Below, in pieces: positions 61,785 to 64,000 of a stretch of 64,000 bases of DNA. Source of the stretch: Nitrospinaceae bacterium (GTDB taxonomy: Bacteria > Nitrospinota > Nitrospinia > Nitrospinales > Nitrospinaceae); the NCBI GenBank assembly GCA_965237905.1, contig OZ250172.1:832001-896000 (forward strand). The letters are read 5' to 3'. A program made the translations under genes and the position numbers. The notes under the pieces were generated by a model. That model saw only the letters and a list, made by a program, of their open reading frames with translations. It was not told the origin of the DNA and searched no databases. The stretch's first letter is position 1, and every line of letters starts with the position of its first letter.

Positions 61785-62135
61785 ATGAAGTCTCTCGCGT
61801 CGATCAATGCAAAAGATATCGAAACCATCAAAATGGCTCTGAACGACGCTATTTCGGATATCAACATGGAACTCAAGAATGCTCTTTCGGAAACCAAAAT
61901 GAAAGAGGTCATGGAATATAAAACCCGGTACACCCGAGTCTATGACAAACTGAGAACCAACCCCTCCATTTACGCCCTGGCTGAATATGAGCTGGATATC
62001 GCGGCCGGCGGCCTCAACGACGCCATTGAAATGCTTGAAGAAAATATGGCGGACGATCTGGACGACCAGGAAAAATCCGATATCCTGACCTATAAAAACG
62101 ATTGTCAGAGAGTCATCGACATCCTCGCCGGCTAA
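61785..62135 (+). CDS. Hypothetical acidic helical protein with an internal duplication
   Basis: LNDAI motif occurs twice; AGGAAGGA RBS. Confidence 0.75.
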   Translation: MKSLASINAKDIETIKMALNDAISDINMELKNALSETKMKEVMEYKTRYTRVYDKLRTNPSIYALAEYELDIAAGGLNDAIEMLEENMADDLDDQEKSDILTYKNDCQRVIDILAG

Positions 62136-62393
62136 CCCTCTAGCGAGGGAGGTAATTGGCTAACGGTTAACGGCAATCGACGAATCCCGTGCGCCATTGA
62201 CACATTGGGTCCAGCGTCACGCTGGCCGGCTAACCGGGCAAGGCCCGGAGCAAATTTAGCAGGAGCGTTAGGGCAGGATCCTTCAGTGATTTTCGCCAGC
62301 CGGGTTTTTAGAGTTACCTGCTACGATTTGCGCCCAGTGACATTCTCTTGAGAGTAGCGGTCAGCAAGTTCCCCCTCCGGGTAGGAGCCCGGC

Positions 62394-62612
62394 TTAGAAG
62401 TTGACGTAATATCCGTAGGCAAACAACCACCCCGTCACACCCGTTCCCGCCGCCATACACAAGACCCAAGCGATCCGACTGTTCCGTTTCATTTTAGGGT
62501 GATCGTCATACATCCAGGCGGCGTGGATCATCATCCCCATAAAATACGAGATGACCAAAAAAGCCAGAAACAGCACTACGAACATGAAAGGTGTAAATTC
62601 CAGCGTCTCCAA
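62394..62612 (-). CDS. Small two-TM membrane protein
   Basis: TTG start after GGAGG; two hydrophobic segments. Confidence 0.6.
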   Translation of the reverse strand: METLEFTPFMFVVLFLAFLVISYFMGMMIHAAWMYDDHPKMKRNSRIAWVLCMAAGTGVTGWLFAYGYYVNF

Positions 62613-62644
62613 CCGTATACCTCCACCCGGAACGAGGGTAGGAT

Positions 62645-62854
62645 TTAAAAAATAAAACCGGATTTTGAGATTCCCAAGGCGACCAACAGATTGGAAAGAC
62701 CCCACAGGGCGAAGACGGTCCCGATAAACCCCAGGGTCACCTTGAGCAAAATTATGAAAAATTCCTTACGCGTCCGGGTTTGTTTGACCCAACTGATGAG
62801 TAAGGTCAATCCCATGACAACCAGAAAACTGATCCAATAAAATCTCACAGACAT
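62645..62854 (-). CDS. Small two-TM membrane protein
   Basis: Two hydrophobic segments separated by a basic loop. Confidence 0.6.
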   Translation of the reverse strand: MSVRFYWISFLVVMGLTLLISWVKQTRTRKEFFIILLKVTLGFIGTVFALWGLSNLLVALGISKSGFIF

Positions 62855-62919
62855 CTGTGCATTTTATCAATCTTTGCAGGAATTGGGTAAAAATCCGCTT
62901 CTATCTTAGAGAAATAAGG

Positions 62920-63708
62920 TTAACGCGTGCTTCGAAAGGGCATGATAACCAGCTTGAGCAGGGACACCTGCTCTGGCGTGCGGAATTGGGGCACGCCGAT
63001 GACGATCTCCGGCTGAGGTCTGAGGGCATCCGCGATATACGTCCCCAGCAGGCGGTCCCAGAGGGACAGATTGAACCCGTAATTGGAATTGGTCTCCGTC
63101 ACCTCGACGGAATGATGAATGCGGTGCATATCCGGCGTCACGAACAGCCACCGCAGGGTGTGGTCCAGCCCCAGCGGCAATTTGATATTGGAATGGGTAA
63201 ACTGCGCCATTCCGCTGAGGATCGCCTCAAATACCACCACCGTCATCACTGATGGCCCCAGTGCCGCCACCAGCCCCAGCTTGTAAATCATGGAGCCCAA
63301 AATCTCCAGCGGATGAAAGCGGAAGCCGGAGGACACGTCCAAATCCAAATCGGAATGATGCACTTTGTGGAACCTCCAGAAAAATGGAATCATATGGAGC
63401 ACCACATGCTGGAGATAAATCATCAGGTCCAGAAAGACGACCCCCACCGCCATTTCCACCGCAACGGGCCAATCGAGATAATTGAGCAGGCCCCAGCCCT
63501 GTTGTCCGGCGAAATGCGCCATGCCCACCGCCGCCCCGCCCAGTAACCAGCGGATCAGAAGCACATTGAAACCGGTGAGGGAAAAATTGATCGCCAGGCG
63601 CCGGGGTTTGGAGTCCACTGTGGGGTGCCGGGGAATGAGGCTTTCCAACACAAGCATCGACACCAACACTCCCAGAAAAATCGAAATCCGGATTTGATCG
63701 ACGGTCAT
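62920..63708 (-). CDS. Sterol desaturase/fatty-acid hydroxylase family protein
   Basis: His boxes HVVLH, HKVHH, FHPLE and HRIHH; NYGFNLSLWDRLLGT. Confidence 0.92.
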   Translation of the reverse strand: MTVDQIRISIFLGVLVSMLVLESLIPRHPTVDSKPRRLAINFSLTGFNVLLIRWLLGGAAVGMAHFAGQQGWGLLNYLDWPVAVEMAVGVVFLDLMIYLQHVVLHMIPFFWRFHKVHHSDLDLDVSSGFRFHPLEILGSMIYKLGLVAALGPSVMTVVVFEAILSGMAQFTHSNIKLPLGLDHTLRWLFVTPDMHRIHHSVEVTETNSNYGFNLSLWDRLLGTYIADALRPQPEIVIGVPQFRTPEQVSLLKLVIMPFRSTR

Positions 63709-63729
63709 GAAAACTCGCAGTGAATGAGG

Positions 63730-63999
63730 TTATCTTAAATCGGGCTTCTGGCGTACCAGGTTCACCACACCCTGGGTCATGAGTCCCAGAAACCAGATAG
63801 TCGTGAAACAGATAAACCAGAGAAAAATCGCGTTAAACCAGTATTGAGCCGGCCGGTAATCGACGGAATTATGAATTTGCGTGTTGATCTCTTCCTTCTC
63901 ATTTTCCGAAGCCCGTATATAGGTTTTATAAAAGGGGTGCGTCTGACGAGCCGCAAATGCCTCCATTTCCTCACGCGGCAATTTGATGAATGTCGTGAC
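63730..63999 (-). CDS. Hypothetical membrane protein (5' part outside the window)
   Basis: Frame open to the window edge; C-terminal TM segment. Confidence 0.55.
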   Translation of the reverse strand, partial: VTTFIKLPREEMEAFAARQTHPFYKTYIRASENEKEEINTQIHNSVDYRPAQYWFNAIFLWFICFTTIWFLGLMTQGVVNLVRQKPDLR

Positions 64000-64000
64000 C

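Overview
Chromosomal segment of a Gram-negative bacterium; the taxon cannot be fixed from sequence alone. The housekeeping blocks are the dcw cluster (mraY-murD-ftsW-murG-murC-murB-ddl-ftsQ-ftsA-ftsZ, 1-11.3 kb), queF, CIRCE-groES-groEL, glgC, namZ, a TldD-family gene and yqeY-dnaG-rpoD-tRNA(CAT). Two accessory regions stand out. (i) 14-23 kb is bracketed by an inverted pair of ~190-bp REP/MITE-like elements. It holds an AT-rich 1349-aa MqsA-type HTH + PD-(D/E)xK-like nuclease + P-loop NTPase + helical-repeat fusion (candidate STAND/Avs-like defence protein), a stand-alone paralogue of its HTH, a truncated ykgJ-like duplicate and a radical SAM enzyme with a CX7CX2C motif. (ii) 45.8-61 kb lies downstream of the tRNA, which is followed by att-like sequence. 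It holds a vWA + two-component module, a TonB receptor-YfiR-histidine kinase operon with a triplicated receiver cassette and, divergently, a compact YcaO RiPP cluster (precursor, RRE/ThiF-like partner, YcaO, SagB-type dehydrogenase). The precursor's Cys-rich core (CGVCSCC-stop) lies in the +1 frame relative to its leader. All product calls come from motif recognition by eye, not from database searches.
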